Assembly: GCA_038240075.1 (NCBI GenBank)
Contig: JBBSEC010000008.1
Location: forward strand, 18-64,017
Reading direction: 5' to 3'
Origin: Acidimicrobiia bacterium
Lineage (GTDB): Bacteria; Actinomycetota; Acidimicrobiia; IMCC26256; PALSA-610
Length of the DNA stretch: 64,000 nucleotides
In this document: positions 26,040 to 35,127 of the stretch, one piece after another
Layout: every line of letters begins with the position of its first letter
How positions within the stretch are numbered: the stretch's first letter is position 1
Made by a program: the position numbers and the translations under genes
The notes under the pieces: generated by a model
What the model saw: only the letters and a program-made list of their open reading frames with translations
What the model was told of the DNA's origin: nothing
Databases searched by the model: none

Positions 26040-26942
26040 TTAGAGCTCGAAGAAGACGTGGTCGTTCCACGGGAAGGTGAAGTTGAAGCCCTGCCCACGG
26101 AAGAACGAGCCGATGATGACGAGGATCGACCAGAACATGAGGAACACCGTGAAGATGCAGATCGCGAACTTTCGGTCGCTCGGCTTGTGCGACGGGTTCT
26201 TGTCTGCGTACGGGGCGATCATGAGCAGGCCGAGTGCGATGCCGGGGATCGTGACGCCCGCGACCATCGGCGTGAACATGGTGAGGAGCTCCTGGAGCCC
26301 GAGGAAGTACCACGGTGCCTTCGACGGGTTCGGCGTCTGGTTCACATCGGCGAGGCCGAGCAACGGCGCCTTCACGAGCGCGGAGAAGATCGTGAGGAAC
26401 GCGGTGACCGACAGGATCGACGCGAACTCGATGACGAGCAGGTGCGGCCAGACGTGCACCTTGTCCTGCGCGTCGGCACGCGTCTGCTGGATCGATCCCG
26501 ACTTGACGACCGTGAGGAGCCGCTGGGTGTGACCGCCGGGCCCGGTGCCGCTCGGCGCGGGTGCGGTCGCGGCAGCCGCGCGCGGCAGCGTCGCGGTCGC
26601 GGTGCCGCCTCCGCCTGCAGGGGCTGCACCGCCGCCACCACCGGCGAGCGCGGCCTTGCGCTTGCGCGAGCGCTCGAGCAGCGCGGCGGGGACACCACCG
26701 ACGCTTTCGGTGATGACTTCGCCCGCGTCGGCACTGGCGGCGACGGGCGCGGCCTCTTCCGCCGGCACGGTCTCGCCGCCGGCGTCGGCGACGGGCGCGG
26801 CCTCTTCCGCCGGCACGGTCTCGCCGCCGGCGTCGGCGACTTCGGCCGCGGGCGCGTCGTCCTCTTCGCCGTCGACGGGGAGGCCGAGCGCCTTGCGGCG
26901 TTCGCGGCTGCGCTTGAGGAGATGTTCGGGTACTTCGGCCAT
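26040..26942 (-). CDS. Cytochrome b6f subunit IV (PetD)-like protein with long acidic/Ala-rich N-terminal extension
   Basis: VWPHLL, APL...A...TPNPSKAPWYFLGLQELL, 3 TMs, PYADKNP. Confidence 0.88.
   Translation of the reverse strand: MAEVPEHLLKRSRERRKALGLPVDGEEDDAPAAEVADAGGETVPAEEAAPVADAGGETVPAEEAAPVAASADAGEVITESVGGVPAALLERSRKRKAALAGGGGGAAPAGGGGTATATLPRAAAATAPAPSGTGPGGHTQRLLTVVKSGSIQQTRADAQDKVHVWPHLLVIEFASILSVTAFLTIFSALVKAPLLGLADVNQTPNPSKAPWYFLGLQELLTMFTPMVAGVTIPGIALGLLMIAPYADKNPSHKPSDRKFAICIFTVFLMFWSILVIIGSFFRGQGFNFTFPWNDHVFFEL
26738..26840. repeat. In-frame 48-bp tandem repeat (ADAGGETVPAEEAAPV x2)
   Basis: Identical units at 26738-26785 and 26786-26833 plus a 7-bp tail. Confidence 0.9.
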
Positions 26943-26958
26943 GGTGCTCCTTCCGGCC

Positions 26959-27762
26959 CTACAACGGTCCGGAGATGCCGCCGTCCTTGCGGACGCGCCA
27001 GAAATGGACGGCCATGAAGATCACGATCACAAAAGGCAGCATCAGTACATGAAGTACGTACCATCGCAGCAATGTGTCGTTGCCGATCTCCTTGGAACCC
27101 AGCAGCACGAAGCGAACCTGGCTGCCGAAGACCGGGGTGTAGCCCATCATGTTGGTGCCGACGGTGACGGCCCACAGCGCGAGCTGGTCCCACGGGAGCA
27201 GGTAGCCCGTGAAGGAGAGCAGCAGCGTGAGCGTGAGCAGGATGACGCCGATCACCCAGTTGAACTCTCGGGGCGCCTTGTACGCGCCGTGGTAGAAGAC
27301 GCGGCTCATGTGCAGGAACACCGTGAGCACCATGAGGTGCGCGGCCCAGCGATGCATATTTCGCACGAGTGAGCCGAACGTGACCGCGGTCTCGAGGTTC
27401 TGCACCGTGCTCCACGCGTCGGCCGCGGTCGGGCGGTAGAAGAACATCAAGAAGATGCCGGTGACGGTGAGCAGGATGAAGAGGAAGAACGAGAGGCCGC
27501 CGAGGCACAGCGTGTAGGAGACCTTCACCGCGTGCCGCTTCACCTTCACGGGGTGAAGGTGAAACAGCACGTTGTTCATGATCACGTACGAGCGGTTCCT
27601 GGGGCTGTCGGTGTAGCCCTTGCGGTAGATCGATCCCGGCCGGAAGATCGAGTTCCACGCCTGGGAGCCCTGCAGCTTGTCGCCGAGCTCCGAAGCGCGC
27701 GCGCTCACCTTGACGCCGAGCCCACCCGATCCGTTGCCGTTGCTGCCGTTCCCGTTGGCCAC
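26959..27762 (-). CDS. Cytochrome b6 (PetB)-like N-terminal cytochrome b
   Basis: TLCLGGLSF, RNMHRWAAH, FLHMSRV, PREFNW, TGYLLPWDQ, YVLHV..LP, VHFWRVRKDGGISGPL; GTG at 27762 after GGAGA. Confidence 0.93.
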   Translation of the reverse strand: MANGNGSNGNGSGGLGVKVSARASELGDKLQGSQAWNSIFRPGSIYRKGYTDSPRNRSYVIMNNVLFHLHPVKVKRHAVKVSYTLCLGGLSFFLFILLTVTGIFLMFFYRPTAADAWSTVQNLETAVTFGSLVRNMHRWAAHLMVLTVFLHMSRVFYHGAYKAPREFNWVIGVILLTLTLLLSFTGYLLPWDQLALWAVTVGTNMMGYTPVFGSQVRFVLLGSKEIGNDTLLRWYVLHVLMLPFVIVIFMAVHFWRVRKDGGISGPL

Positions 27763-27770
27763 GATGTCTC

Positions 27771-28184
27771 CTAGAAGCGCACGCCGTAGGCGTAGCCGTG
27801 CCGGTTGGTGCGGACATTGGGATCGCCTTCGGCCCAGTCGTTGGTGACCTTGCCGAGGATGATGACGCCGGTCGGGCAGCGGTCGACGCAGAGCGCGCAG
27901 CGCGTGCACACGTCTTCGTCGACGACGAAGAACACGTGGTCCTTCGGGTCGTCGCCCGGGCGGTCCGCGTTGACGGAGTCGTCGATCGCGTCGACCGACA
28001 ACATGTGGATGCACTTCCACGGACAGATGTCGACGCAGCCTTCGCAGAGGATGCACTCGGCCTGGTCGATGTGCAGGAACTGCTTCGGCTTCACCGCGGA
28101 CGTGAGCCACGACGGATCGACCTCTTGCAGCACGTAGTCGGCTGCGAACTCCGGCATCGGCGGATTGGCGTCGTTACGCGGCAT
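27771..28184 (-). CDS. 2x[4Fe-4S] ferredoxin
   Basis: CILCEGCVDICP and CTRCALCVDRCP; acidic linker. Confidence 0.92.
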   Translation of the reverse strand: MPRNDANPPMPEFAADYVLQEVDPSWLTSAVKPKQFLHIDQAECILCEGCVDICPWKCIHMLSVDAIDDSVNADRPGDDPKDHVFFVVDEDVCTRCALCVDRCPTGVIILGKVTNDWAEGDPNVRTNRHGYAYGVRF

Positions 28185-28190
28185 CGCGCG

Positions 28191-28709
28191 TCACACCTTC
28201 GCCGTCATGGGTCGCCCGTACGCCGACGTTCCCGCCGGGTCCGACTCGCTTGACGCCGCGCCGTCGTCGGACAGGGGTGCCGCGACCGGACGTCGCTGCC
28301 AGATCTGGAAGAGCCTGATGTTCAGGGTGAGCATGACGACGTAGATGACGGCCGCGATCGCGTCGTTGGCTGTCTGCTTGTTGACGTCGAAATGAACGAA
28401 GCGGTTCCTCTGGAACACGTACTTCGCGGTGCCCCACCGCAGGTACGAGTTCGCGTAGACGATCCACTCGTGCGGGATCGTGCCGTACGCAACGATCATC
28501 AGCGAGAACGCGGCCAGTGCACCGAGCATCGCCTGCGCCCACGTCGGGGGCTCGGCCGGCTTCGGGCGCCGCGCGAGAAATCCGATCACGGCCAGCCCGA
28601 TGAGGAGGATCACGACGGCCCAGATCAGACGGCCGGCGGCATGCGTCCACGACATGTTGAAGCCGAGCACGCTCTTGGGAAGAGGGTTGGGAATGTGCAC
28701 CGCGAGCAT
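28191..28709 (-). CDS. 3-TM membrane protein, first gene of the Rieske/cytb operon
   Basis: TWAQAMLGA..YGTIPHEW..W, C-terminal TSAYGRP; GGGGAG SD. Confidence 0.75.
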   Translation of the reverse strand: MLAVHIPNPLPKSVLGFNMSWTHAAGRLIWAVVILLIGLAVIGFLARRPKPAEPPTWAQAMLGALAAFSLMIVAYGTIPHEWIVYANSYLRWGTAKYVFQRNRFVHFDVNKQTANDAIAAVIYVVMLTLNIRLFQIWQRRPVAAPLSDDGAASSESDPAGTSAYGRPMTAKV

Positions 28710-28834
28710 TGGACGCTCCCCGATCTCCTCTGTCCGTGGAGATGATTGCTACCACGCTAGATGAGGCGTGGGCACATTGTTGAACAGGGCCCGCGACGGG
28801 CGCGTTGCGCGTTCCGGATCATGGGCGTGGGAGC

Positions 28835-30130
28835 ATGAGCACAACCGCCCTGTCGTCCGCGAACGGACGCGTGATGCACGAACGCACAAGCGATCGCTAC
28901 GACGTTCTCGTGATCGGCGCGGGACCGTCGGGCGCGGCTGCGGCCTACTGGCTCGCGGAGCGGGGACGGCGAGTGCTTCTCGTCGAGAAGAAGCGGTTCC
29001 CGCGCGAGAAGACGTGCGGCGACGGCCTCACGCCGAGAGCCGTGCGCCAACTGCACGACATGGGTCTCGCCGAACCGCTGTCGGAGTTCCATCGCTTCGA
29101 CGGGCTCCGGTCGATTGCTCACGGCGTCACCCTCGAGCTCGCGTGGCCCGACCATCCCGACTTCCCCGGCTACGGCTATGTCGTCCGGCGCAGCGAGCTC
29201 GACCAGATGGTGGCCGAGCGCGCGGTGAAGGCGGGGGCGACCCTCTGGCCCGCGAGCGAAGCGATCGGGCCGGTGCTCGAGCGCGGGATCCTCGACGGCG
29301 CGGTGGTCCGGCGGGCCGACACCGGCACGACCGAGGTCGTCCGGGCCCGGTACGTGATCGTCGCCGACGGGGCCAACTCGCGCTTCGGCCGGGCGCTCGG
29401 CACGGTCCGGGACCGCAGCTTCCCGCTCGGCATGGCGATTCGCGGCTATTTCACCAGTCCGTACCACGATGAGCCCTGGATCGAGAGCCACCTCGACCTC
29501 CGCGACCGTGACGGGAACCATTTGCCAGGGTATGGGTGGATTTTTCCGGTCGGCGACGGCACGGTCAATGTCGGCGTCGGGCTCCTCTCCACCTTCCGCG
29601 GCTGGAAGGACGTCAACACCTCCCACCTGATGGAGGCCTTCTGCGAGACCGCGCCGGCCCGGTGGGGCATCGGGCCCGACACGGCCACCTGCGCACCGAC
29701 CGGCGGGAAGCTCCCCACCGGCACCTCGATCCACCCCACCGTCGGACCGAACTTCGTCGTGGCCGGCGACGCCGCAGGCACCGTCAACCCGTTCAACGGC
29801 GAGGGCATCTCGGTCGCGTACGAGACGGGACGGTTGGCCGCCGATGCCGTCGACCTCGCGCTGGCGACCGACGACGGCCTCGCGCTGCAGACCTACACCG
29901 AACGCCTCGACGAGGTGTACGGCCTCTACTTCAAGGTCGCGCGCACCTTCGTGACCGCCATCGGCAACCCCGCGGTCATGCGCGAGCTCACGCGGGTCGG
30001 GATGCAGAGCCGACCGCTGATGGAGTGGGTGCTGCGCATCATGGCGAACCTGCTGCGGCCCGACGAGATCGGGCCCGCCGAGGCGGCGTACAAGATCGTC
30101 GAACGCCTGGTCGCGCTCAGCCCCGTCTGA
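28835..30130 (+). CDS. Geranylgeranyl reductase-family FAD oxidoreductase (MenJ-like menaquinone side-chain reductase)
   Basis: DVLVIGAGPSG, FPREKTCGDGLTPRAV, ADGANS, GYGWIFP, GDAAGTVNPFNGEGI; upstream of nuoA as in streptomycetes; start uncertain. Confidence 0.85.
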   Translation: MSTTALSSANGRVMHERTSDRYDVLVIGAGPSGAAAAYWLAERGRRVLLVEKKRFPREKTCGDGLTPRAVRQLHDMGLAEPLSEFHRFDGLRSIAHGVTLELAWPDHPDFPGYGYVVRRSELDQMVAERAVKAGATLWPASEAIGPVLERGILDGAVVRRADTGTTEVVRARYVIVADGANSRFGRALGTVRDRSFPLGMAIRGYFTSPYHDEPWIESHLDLRDRDGNHLPGYGWIFPVGDGTVNVGVGLLSTFRGWKDVNTSHLMEAFCETAPARWGIGPDTATCAPTGGKLPTGTSIHPTVGPNFVVAGDAAGTVNPFNGEGISVAYETGRLAADAVDLALATDDGLALQTYTERLDEVYGLYFKVARTFVTAIGNPAVMRELTRVGMQSRPLMEWVLRIMANLLRPDEIGPAEAAYKIVERLVALSPV

Positions 30131-30197
30131 CCAACGGTTCTGACCCCGCGGCCCGCCCTTCGACCCGCGACTGCCCGCGGGCGATACGCTCCGACCC

Positions 30198-30674
30198 GTG
30201 AACGATTACTTGCCGATCGTCTTGATGATCGGCCTCGTCGTCGCCTTTGCCGGCCTGTCGTTCGTCGCGTCCGGGCTGCTCGGCACGCAGGAGCCCAATT
30301 CGGCCAAGCAGGCCCCGTACGAGTGCGGGATCGTGCCCGAGGTCGAGCCCGCAGAGCGCTTTCCGGTCAAGTTCTACCTGGTTGCCATGGCGTTCATCGT
30401 GCTCGACGTCGAGATCGTGTTCCTCTATCCCTTCGTCACGGTGTTCCGACAGCTCGGGCTGTTCGGCCTCGTCGCGATGGGTGTGTTCGTCTTCGGGCTG
30501 CTGGTGCCGTTCGCGTACCTGCTGTCGGTCGGCGCGCTCGCATGGGGACCGGTCCAGCGACGCGTCTCGGCTGGTATCGGTCCGCTGCGCCGCTCGGCGA
30601 TCGCGGTCTTCGATCCGACGCCGGCGAACGCGGCCACGGCGCCGATCGCGAGCCCGGAGCACGAAGCCGCCTGA
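30198..30674 (+). CDS. nuoA: NADH-quinone oxidoreductase subunit A (cluster 1)
   Basis: [25 protein letters not shown]; leaderless TACGCT-N7-GTG. Confidence 0.95.
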   Translation: MNDYLPIVLMIGLVVAFAGLSFVASGLLGTQEPNSAKQAPYECGIVPEVEPAERFPVKFYLVAMAFIVLDVEIVFLYPFVTVFRQLGLFGLVAMGVFVFGLLVPFAYLLSVGALAWGPVQRRVSAGIGPLRRSAIAVFDPTPANAATAPIASPEHEAA

Positions 30675-30688
30675 GGGCGGGCGCCACC

Positions 30689-31216
30689 ATGGGTCTCGAG
30701 CAGGTCAGCCACAACTTCCTCACCGCTCCGCTCGAAGATCTCGTGCGCTGGGCCCGCCGCAACTCCGTCTTTCCCGCGACGTTCGGCCTCGCGTGTTGCG
30801 CGATCGAGATGATGGCTGCCGGCGCCGCGCACTACGACCTCGCGCGCTACGGCATGGAGGTCTTCCGCGCCAGCCCGCGCCAGGCCGACCTGATGATCGT
30901 CGCCGGACGCGTGAGCAACAAGATGGCCCCGGTCCTCCGTCAGGTCTACGACCAGATGGTGGAGCCCAAGTGGGTGATCTCGATGGGGGTCTGCGCGAGC
31001 ACCGGTGGAATGTTCAACAACTACGCGATCGTGCAGGGCGTCGACCAGATCGTGCCGGTCGACGTCTATGTCCCGGGCTGTCCACCCGGACCTGAGACCC
31101 TCATGCACGGCATCCTGACCCTGCACGACATGATCCGCACCGGTGAGCTCATGAAGCGTCGTGAGACCACCCCGCACGGCGGTGCGGGCGTGACGCTCGA
31201 GCCCGCTTCCGCCTGA
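30689..31216 (+). CDS. nuoB: Complex I subunit B (cluster 1)
   Basis: [27 protein letters not shown]. Confidence 0.96.
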   Translation: MGLEQVSHNFLTAPLEDLVRWARRNSVFPATFGLACCAIEMMAAGAAHYDLARYGMEVFRASPRQADLMIVAGRVSNKMAPVLRQVYDQMVEPKWVISMGVCASTGGMFNNYAIVQGVDQIVPVDVYVPGCPPGPETLMHGILTLHDMIRTGELMKRRETTPHGGAGVTLEPASA

Positions 31217-31261
31217 GCCTGCCGACCGTCCGACAATCGCTCGAGAACCCCTTCAAGAACC

Positions 31262-31846
31262 ATGGCCGACGAAGTTCGTGAACCAGATCACGAGGGCGAG
31301 CCGGAAGCACCCGCGCCCCCGCGACCTGTTGAGGACCGACCGTCCGACGAAGTCGCGGCCGCGTTGTGCGACCGCTTCGCCGACGCGATCTTCTTCGAGT
31401 CGCACGGGCAGAGCGTCGTCTACCTCGACCGGGCGCACCTCGCCGACGCAGGTGGGTACCTGCGCGACGACGAGCAGTTCACGATGTGCGTCGATGTCAC
31501 GGCCGTCGACCATCTCGTCGACGGCGTGCGTCACGCCGCGCCGGGTGTCGCTCCTGAGCGCTTCGAAGTCGTCGCGAACTTCCTCTCGCACACGCGCAAC
31601 CGCCGCATCCGTTTGATCTGCGAAGTACCGGAGTCCGACCCGTCGGTGCCGTCGCTCACCGGCGTGTATCCGGGCACTGACTTCGCCGAGCGCGAGGTGT
31701 TCGACTTGTTCGGGATCCGCTTCGACGGTCACCCCGATCTCACTCGCATCCTGATGCCGGACGACTGGGTCGGTCACCCGTTGCGCAAGGACGATCCGTC
31801 CGCGCGCGTCCCCGTCACCTTCAAGGGCGATCCGAGGCCGCGATGA
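31262..31846 (+). CDS. nuoC: Complex I subunit C (cluster 1)
   Basis: EREVFDLFGIRFDGHPDLTRILMPDDWVGHPLRKD. Confidence 0.95.
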   Translation: MADEVREPDHEGEPEAPAPPRPVEDRPSDEVAAALCDRFADAIFFESHGQSVVYLDRAHLADAGGYLRDDEQFTMCVDVTAVDHLVDGVRHAAPGVAPERFEVVANFLSHTRNRRIRLICEVPESDPSVPSLTGVYPGTDFAEREVFDLFGIRFDGHPDLTRILMPDDWVGHPLRKDDPSARVPVTFKGDPRPR

Positions 31847-31947
31847 GCGAGCAGACGGAAATACGCGTCGTGAAAGCGACATCCGGCCCAGTCGCGAGCG
31901 GGGCCCGAGCGGCCCGGCGCCGCAGGCGCCAGGAGCGGGAACGATGA
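31843..31947 (+). repeat. MIRU-like insertion encoding a 34-aa ORF that bridges nuoC and nuoD
   Basis: ATGAGCGA duplicated at 31843 and 31944; ORF MSEQTEIRVVKATSGPVASGARAARRRRRQERER has ATGA overlaps at both ends. Confidence 0.75.
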
Positions 31948-33335
31948 GCGACGAGCTCGCGGGCGTCACCGACCCGAACGTGCTCGACCCGAGCGAGGAC
32001 GCGATCGCCGAGCCGATCGGGTCGCAGGAAGCCGCGGCCGACCACCCGTTCCACCGCGTGCCCGCCGACGAGGCCCGCCTCGAGCGCCAGACCGGCGAAG
32101 GCGCGCAGGAGTTGCGCACGCGTGAGCGCGAGATCGTGATGACCGGTGGCACGTGGCCGGTCGACGAGCTCGGCGACACGATGGTCATCAACATGGGGCC
32201 GCAGCACCCGTCGACCCACGGCGTGCTGCGCATCATGATGGAGCTCGACTCCGAAGAAGTCGTGCGCGCGAAGGCGATCATCGGCTATCTCCACACCGGG
32301 ATGGAGAAGACCGGCGAGGAGCTCACGTACGTGCAGGGTGCGACCAACGTCACGCGCATGGACTACGCGTCGCCACTCTCCAACGAGCTCGTGTACGCGA
32401 CGGCCGTCGAACGGTTGCTCGATCTCGAGGTTCCCGAGCGCGCGACGTGGATGCGCATGATGCTCGTCGAGCTGAATCGCATCTCGTCGCACCTGCTGTT
32501 CCAGGCCACGAACGGCATGGACATCGGCGCGGTGTCGATGATCATCTACGGCTGGCGTGAGCGTGAGGAAGTTCTCCGCCTCCTCGAGTCGATCACCGGC
32601 CTGCGCATGAACCACGACTACATCCGAGTTGGTGGAGTCGCCGCCGACCTGCCCGACGGCTGGCGTGAACACGTTCTCAACACGATGGACATCGTCGAAG
32701 CCGGGGTCGCCGAGTACGACGCGCTCCTCTCGGAGAACCCGATCTGGTTGGAACGCACCGTCGGCATCGGCGCGATCACGACCGAGGAGTGCATTGCGCT
32801 CTCGATCACGGGCCCGATCCTGCGCTCCACCGGATTCGCCTGGGATCTGCGCAAGGCCCAGCCGTACCTTGCGTACGACGACGTCGACTTCGACGTCATC
32901 TTCACCGAGAACGGCGACGTCTTCGACCGCTACCGCATCCGGCTCTACGAGATCCTCGAGTCGGTGAAGATCGTCCGCCAGTGCGTCGCGAACATGCCCG
33001 GCGGCGACTACCGCGTGCAGGATCGGAAGGTCACACCGCCGCCGCGTGCTCGCATCGACGAGTCGATGGAGGCGTTGATCCACCATTTCAAGCTCTTCAC
33101 CGAGGGTTTCAAGGTCCCAGCCGGCGAGACGTACACGGCGGTCGAGTCGCCGCGCGGTGAGATCGGTTGCTACATGGTGAGCGACGGTTCCGGGAAGCCG
33201 GTGCGCATGCACATCCGCGGTCCCTCGTTCTACAACCTGCAGGCGATGGGACCGATGGTGCGCAACAGCCTCGTGGCCGACGCGGTTGCGATCGTGTCGA
33301 GCATCGACCCGATCCTGGGGGAGGTCGACCGCTAA
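31944..33335 (+). CDS. nuoD: Complex I subunit D (cluster 1)
   Basis: NMGPQHPSTHGVLR, GYLHTGMEK, RMDY, ESPRGE, GEVDR. Confidence 0.96.
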   Translation: MSDELAGVTDPNVLDPSEDAIAEPIGSQEAAADHPFHRVPADEARLERQTGEGAQELRTREREIVMTGGTWPVDELGDTMVINMGPQHPSTHGVLRIMMELDSEEVVRAKAIIGYLHTGMEKTGEELTYVQGATNVTRMDYASPLSNELVYATAVERLLDLEVPERATWMRMMLVELNRISSHLLFQATNGMDIGAVSMIIYGWREREEVLRLLESITGLRMNHDYIRVGGVAADLPDGWREHVLNTMDIVEAGVAEYDALLSENPIWLERTVGIGAITTEECIALSITGPILRSTGFAWDLRKAQPYLAYDDVDFDVIFTENGDVFDRYRIRLYEILESVKIVRQCVANMPGGDYRVQDRKVTPPPRARIDESMEALIHHFKLFTEGFKVPAGETYTAVESPRGEIGCYMVSDGSGKPVRMHIRGPSFYNLQAMGPMVRNSLVADAVAIVSSIDPILGEVDR

Positions 33336-33337
33336 CG

Positions 33338-33826
33338 ATGCCGTTCTCCGACGTGAACACCGCGAAGGCGCGCGAGATCGTCGCTCGCTACCCGCGCGCG
33401 AAGTCGGCGATCCTTCCGCTCGCGCACCTCGCGCAGGATCAGGACGGCTGGCTCACCAGAGAGGCGATGGAGGAGATCGCGGAGCTCACCGGCGTCACGC
33501 CGGCCGAGGTGCAGGGCACGTGCTCCTTCTACACGATGTTCAAACGCCGGCCGTGTGGCTCACTGATCGTCTCGGTGTGCACGAATGTCACGTGTCTCGT
33601 CACCGGCGGACCGGAGATCCTCGATGCGCTCTCGGCGCGCTACGGCGACGACGACACGGTCACGGTCGAAGAGGTCGAGTGCCTCGCCGCGTGCGGCGGT
33701 GCGCCCGCGTTGCAGGTCAACTACGAGTACCACGAGCACATGACACCCCAAACGGCCGAGCGGGTCGTCGACGACTACAAGTCGGGCCGCTCCGTCGCCC
33801 GCACCGTGTCGGGAAGCCGGACGTGA
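33338..33826 (+). CDS. nuoE: Complex I subunit E
   Basis: SAILPL, SFYTMF, CTNVTC...CLAAC (N1a ligands). Confidence 0.94.
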   Translation: MPFSDVNTAKAREIVARYPRAKSAILPLAHLAQDQDGWLTREAMEEIAELTGVTPAEVQGTCSFYTMFKRRPCGSLIVSVCTNVTCLVTGGPEILDALSARYGDDDTVTVEEVECLAACGGAPALQVNYEYHEHMTPQTAERVVDDYKSGRSVARTVSGSRT

Positions 33827-35127
33827 CCGTTCAAGAGACGCGGTTCGTCACCAAGCGGCTGCACGACCGTCCCGACGACTCGTGGACGATCGACGGTGCC
33901 GTCGGGTCCGGCGCGTACGAGCAACTCCGCGCGGTCGTGAGCGCGAACAACCCGGCCGATGTGCAGGAGCAGGTCAAGGCATCGGGATTGCGCGGGCGTG
34001 GTGGCGCGGGCTTCCCGACCGGTCAGAAGTGGTCGTTCCTGCCGGCCGGATCGTTTCCGCGGTACCTGGTGGTCAACGCCGACGAGGGTGAGCCTTCGAC
34101 CTTCAAGGACCGCATGCTCATCGAGCGCGATCCGCACCAGCTCGTCGAGGGCATCGCCATCGCTGCGTTCGCGCTGCAGTGCAACCTTGCGTTTGTCTAC
34201 CTGCGCGGCGAGTTCGCCCTCGGCTACGAGCGACTCACCGAGGCGATCGTCTCGGCCAAGGCGCGCGGCTTCCTCGGTTCCAATGTGCTCGGCACCGACT
34301 TTGCGCTCGACATCGTCGTGCACCGGGGCGCCGGCGCGTACATCTGCGGCGAAGAGACCGCGTTGCTCGAGAGTCTCGAAGGCGAACGCGGCATGCCGCG
34401 CATCCGTCCGCCGTTCCCCGCGATCGAGGGGCTCTACGCGAAGCCGACCGTCGTGAACAACGTCGAGACGCTCTCGACCGTGCCGCACATCATGGCGATG
34501 AGCGGCGCCGAGTACGCGAAGCTCGGCGTGAACCGCTCGACCGGAACGCGCATCTTCTCGGTATCGGGACACGTGAACAAGCCCGGTAACTATGAGGTCG
34601 AGCTGGGCATCACGTTCCGTCAGCTCATCGATGAGCTCGCGGGTGGAGTGCCCGGCGGACGCAAGGTCAAGTTCTTCATCCCGGGGGGAGCGTCGTCGCA
34701 GTGGTTGATCGGCAGCGACGAGCACCTCGACGCCCCCCTCGACATGGATTACGTGCAGCAGACCTTCGGCGTGATGCTCGGCTCGGGCGCGGTGATGGTG
34801 TTCGACGAGACGACCGACCCGATCCTCGTCGCGTGGCGGCTCGCGAAGTTCTTCGCGCACGAGTCGTGCGGGAAGTGCACGCCGTGTCGTGAGGGAACCG
34901 GCTGGATCGAGAAAGTGCTGTACCGCATGGCGCACGGCCTCGGTTCACCATCCGATCTCAAAATGCTGCTCGACGTCGGCGACAACATCTCGCCGGGACT
35001 CAACGCACCGTTCAGTCAGACGACCATCTGCCCACTCGGACCGAGCGCGGTCTCGGCGATCGTGAGCCTCGACAAGTTCTTCCGCGCCGAGATCGAAGCG
35101 CGGCTCGGTGCTGGAGCGCCCGCATGA
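33823..35127 (+). CDS. nuoF: Complex I subunit F (FMN/NADH-binding)
   Basis: SGLRGRGGAGFPTG, NADEGEP, GAGAYICGEETAL, ESCGKCTPCREG, TICPL. Confidence 0.96.
   Translation: MTVQETRFVTKRLHDRPDDSWTIDGAVGSGAYEQLRAVVSANNPADVQEQVKASGLRGRGGAGFPTGQKWSFLPAGSFPRYLVVNADEGEPSTFKDRMLIERDPHQLVEGIAIAAFALQCNLAFVYLRGEFALGYERLTEAIVSAKARGFLGSNVLGTDFALDIVVHRGAGAYICGEETALLESLEGERGMPRIRPPFPAIEGLYAKPTVVNNVETLSTVPHIMAMSGAEYAKLGVNRSTGTRIFSVSGHVNKPGNYEVELGITFRQLIDELAGGVPGGRKVKFFIPGGASSQWLIGSDEHLDAPLDMDYVQQTFGVMLGSGAVMVFDETTDPILVAWRLAKFFAHESCGKCTPCREGTGWIEKVLYRMAHGLGSPSDLKMLLDVGDNISPGLNAPFSQTTICPLGPSAVSAIVSLDKFFRAEIEARLGAGAPA

Noticed and set aside
22817-28709. b6f-like operon as evidence of phototrophy
   Set aside because: No cytochrome f, reaction-centre or chlorophyll genes in the window; split cytochrome b with heme c_i also occurs in non-phototrophs
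28760-28800. Rex box between the Rieske/cytb operon and the menJ-like gene
   Set aside because: tgggcacattgttgaaca has the wrong spacing and too many mismatches to TTGTGAA-N4-TTCACAA
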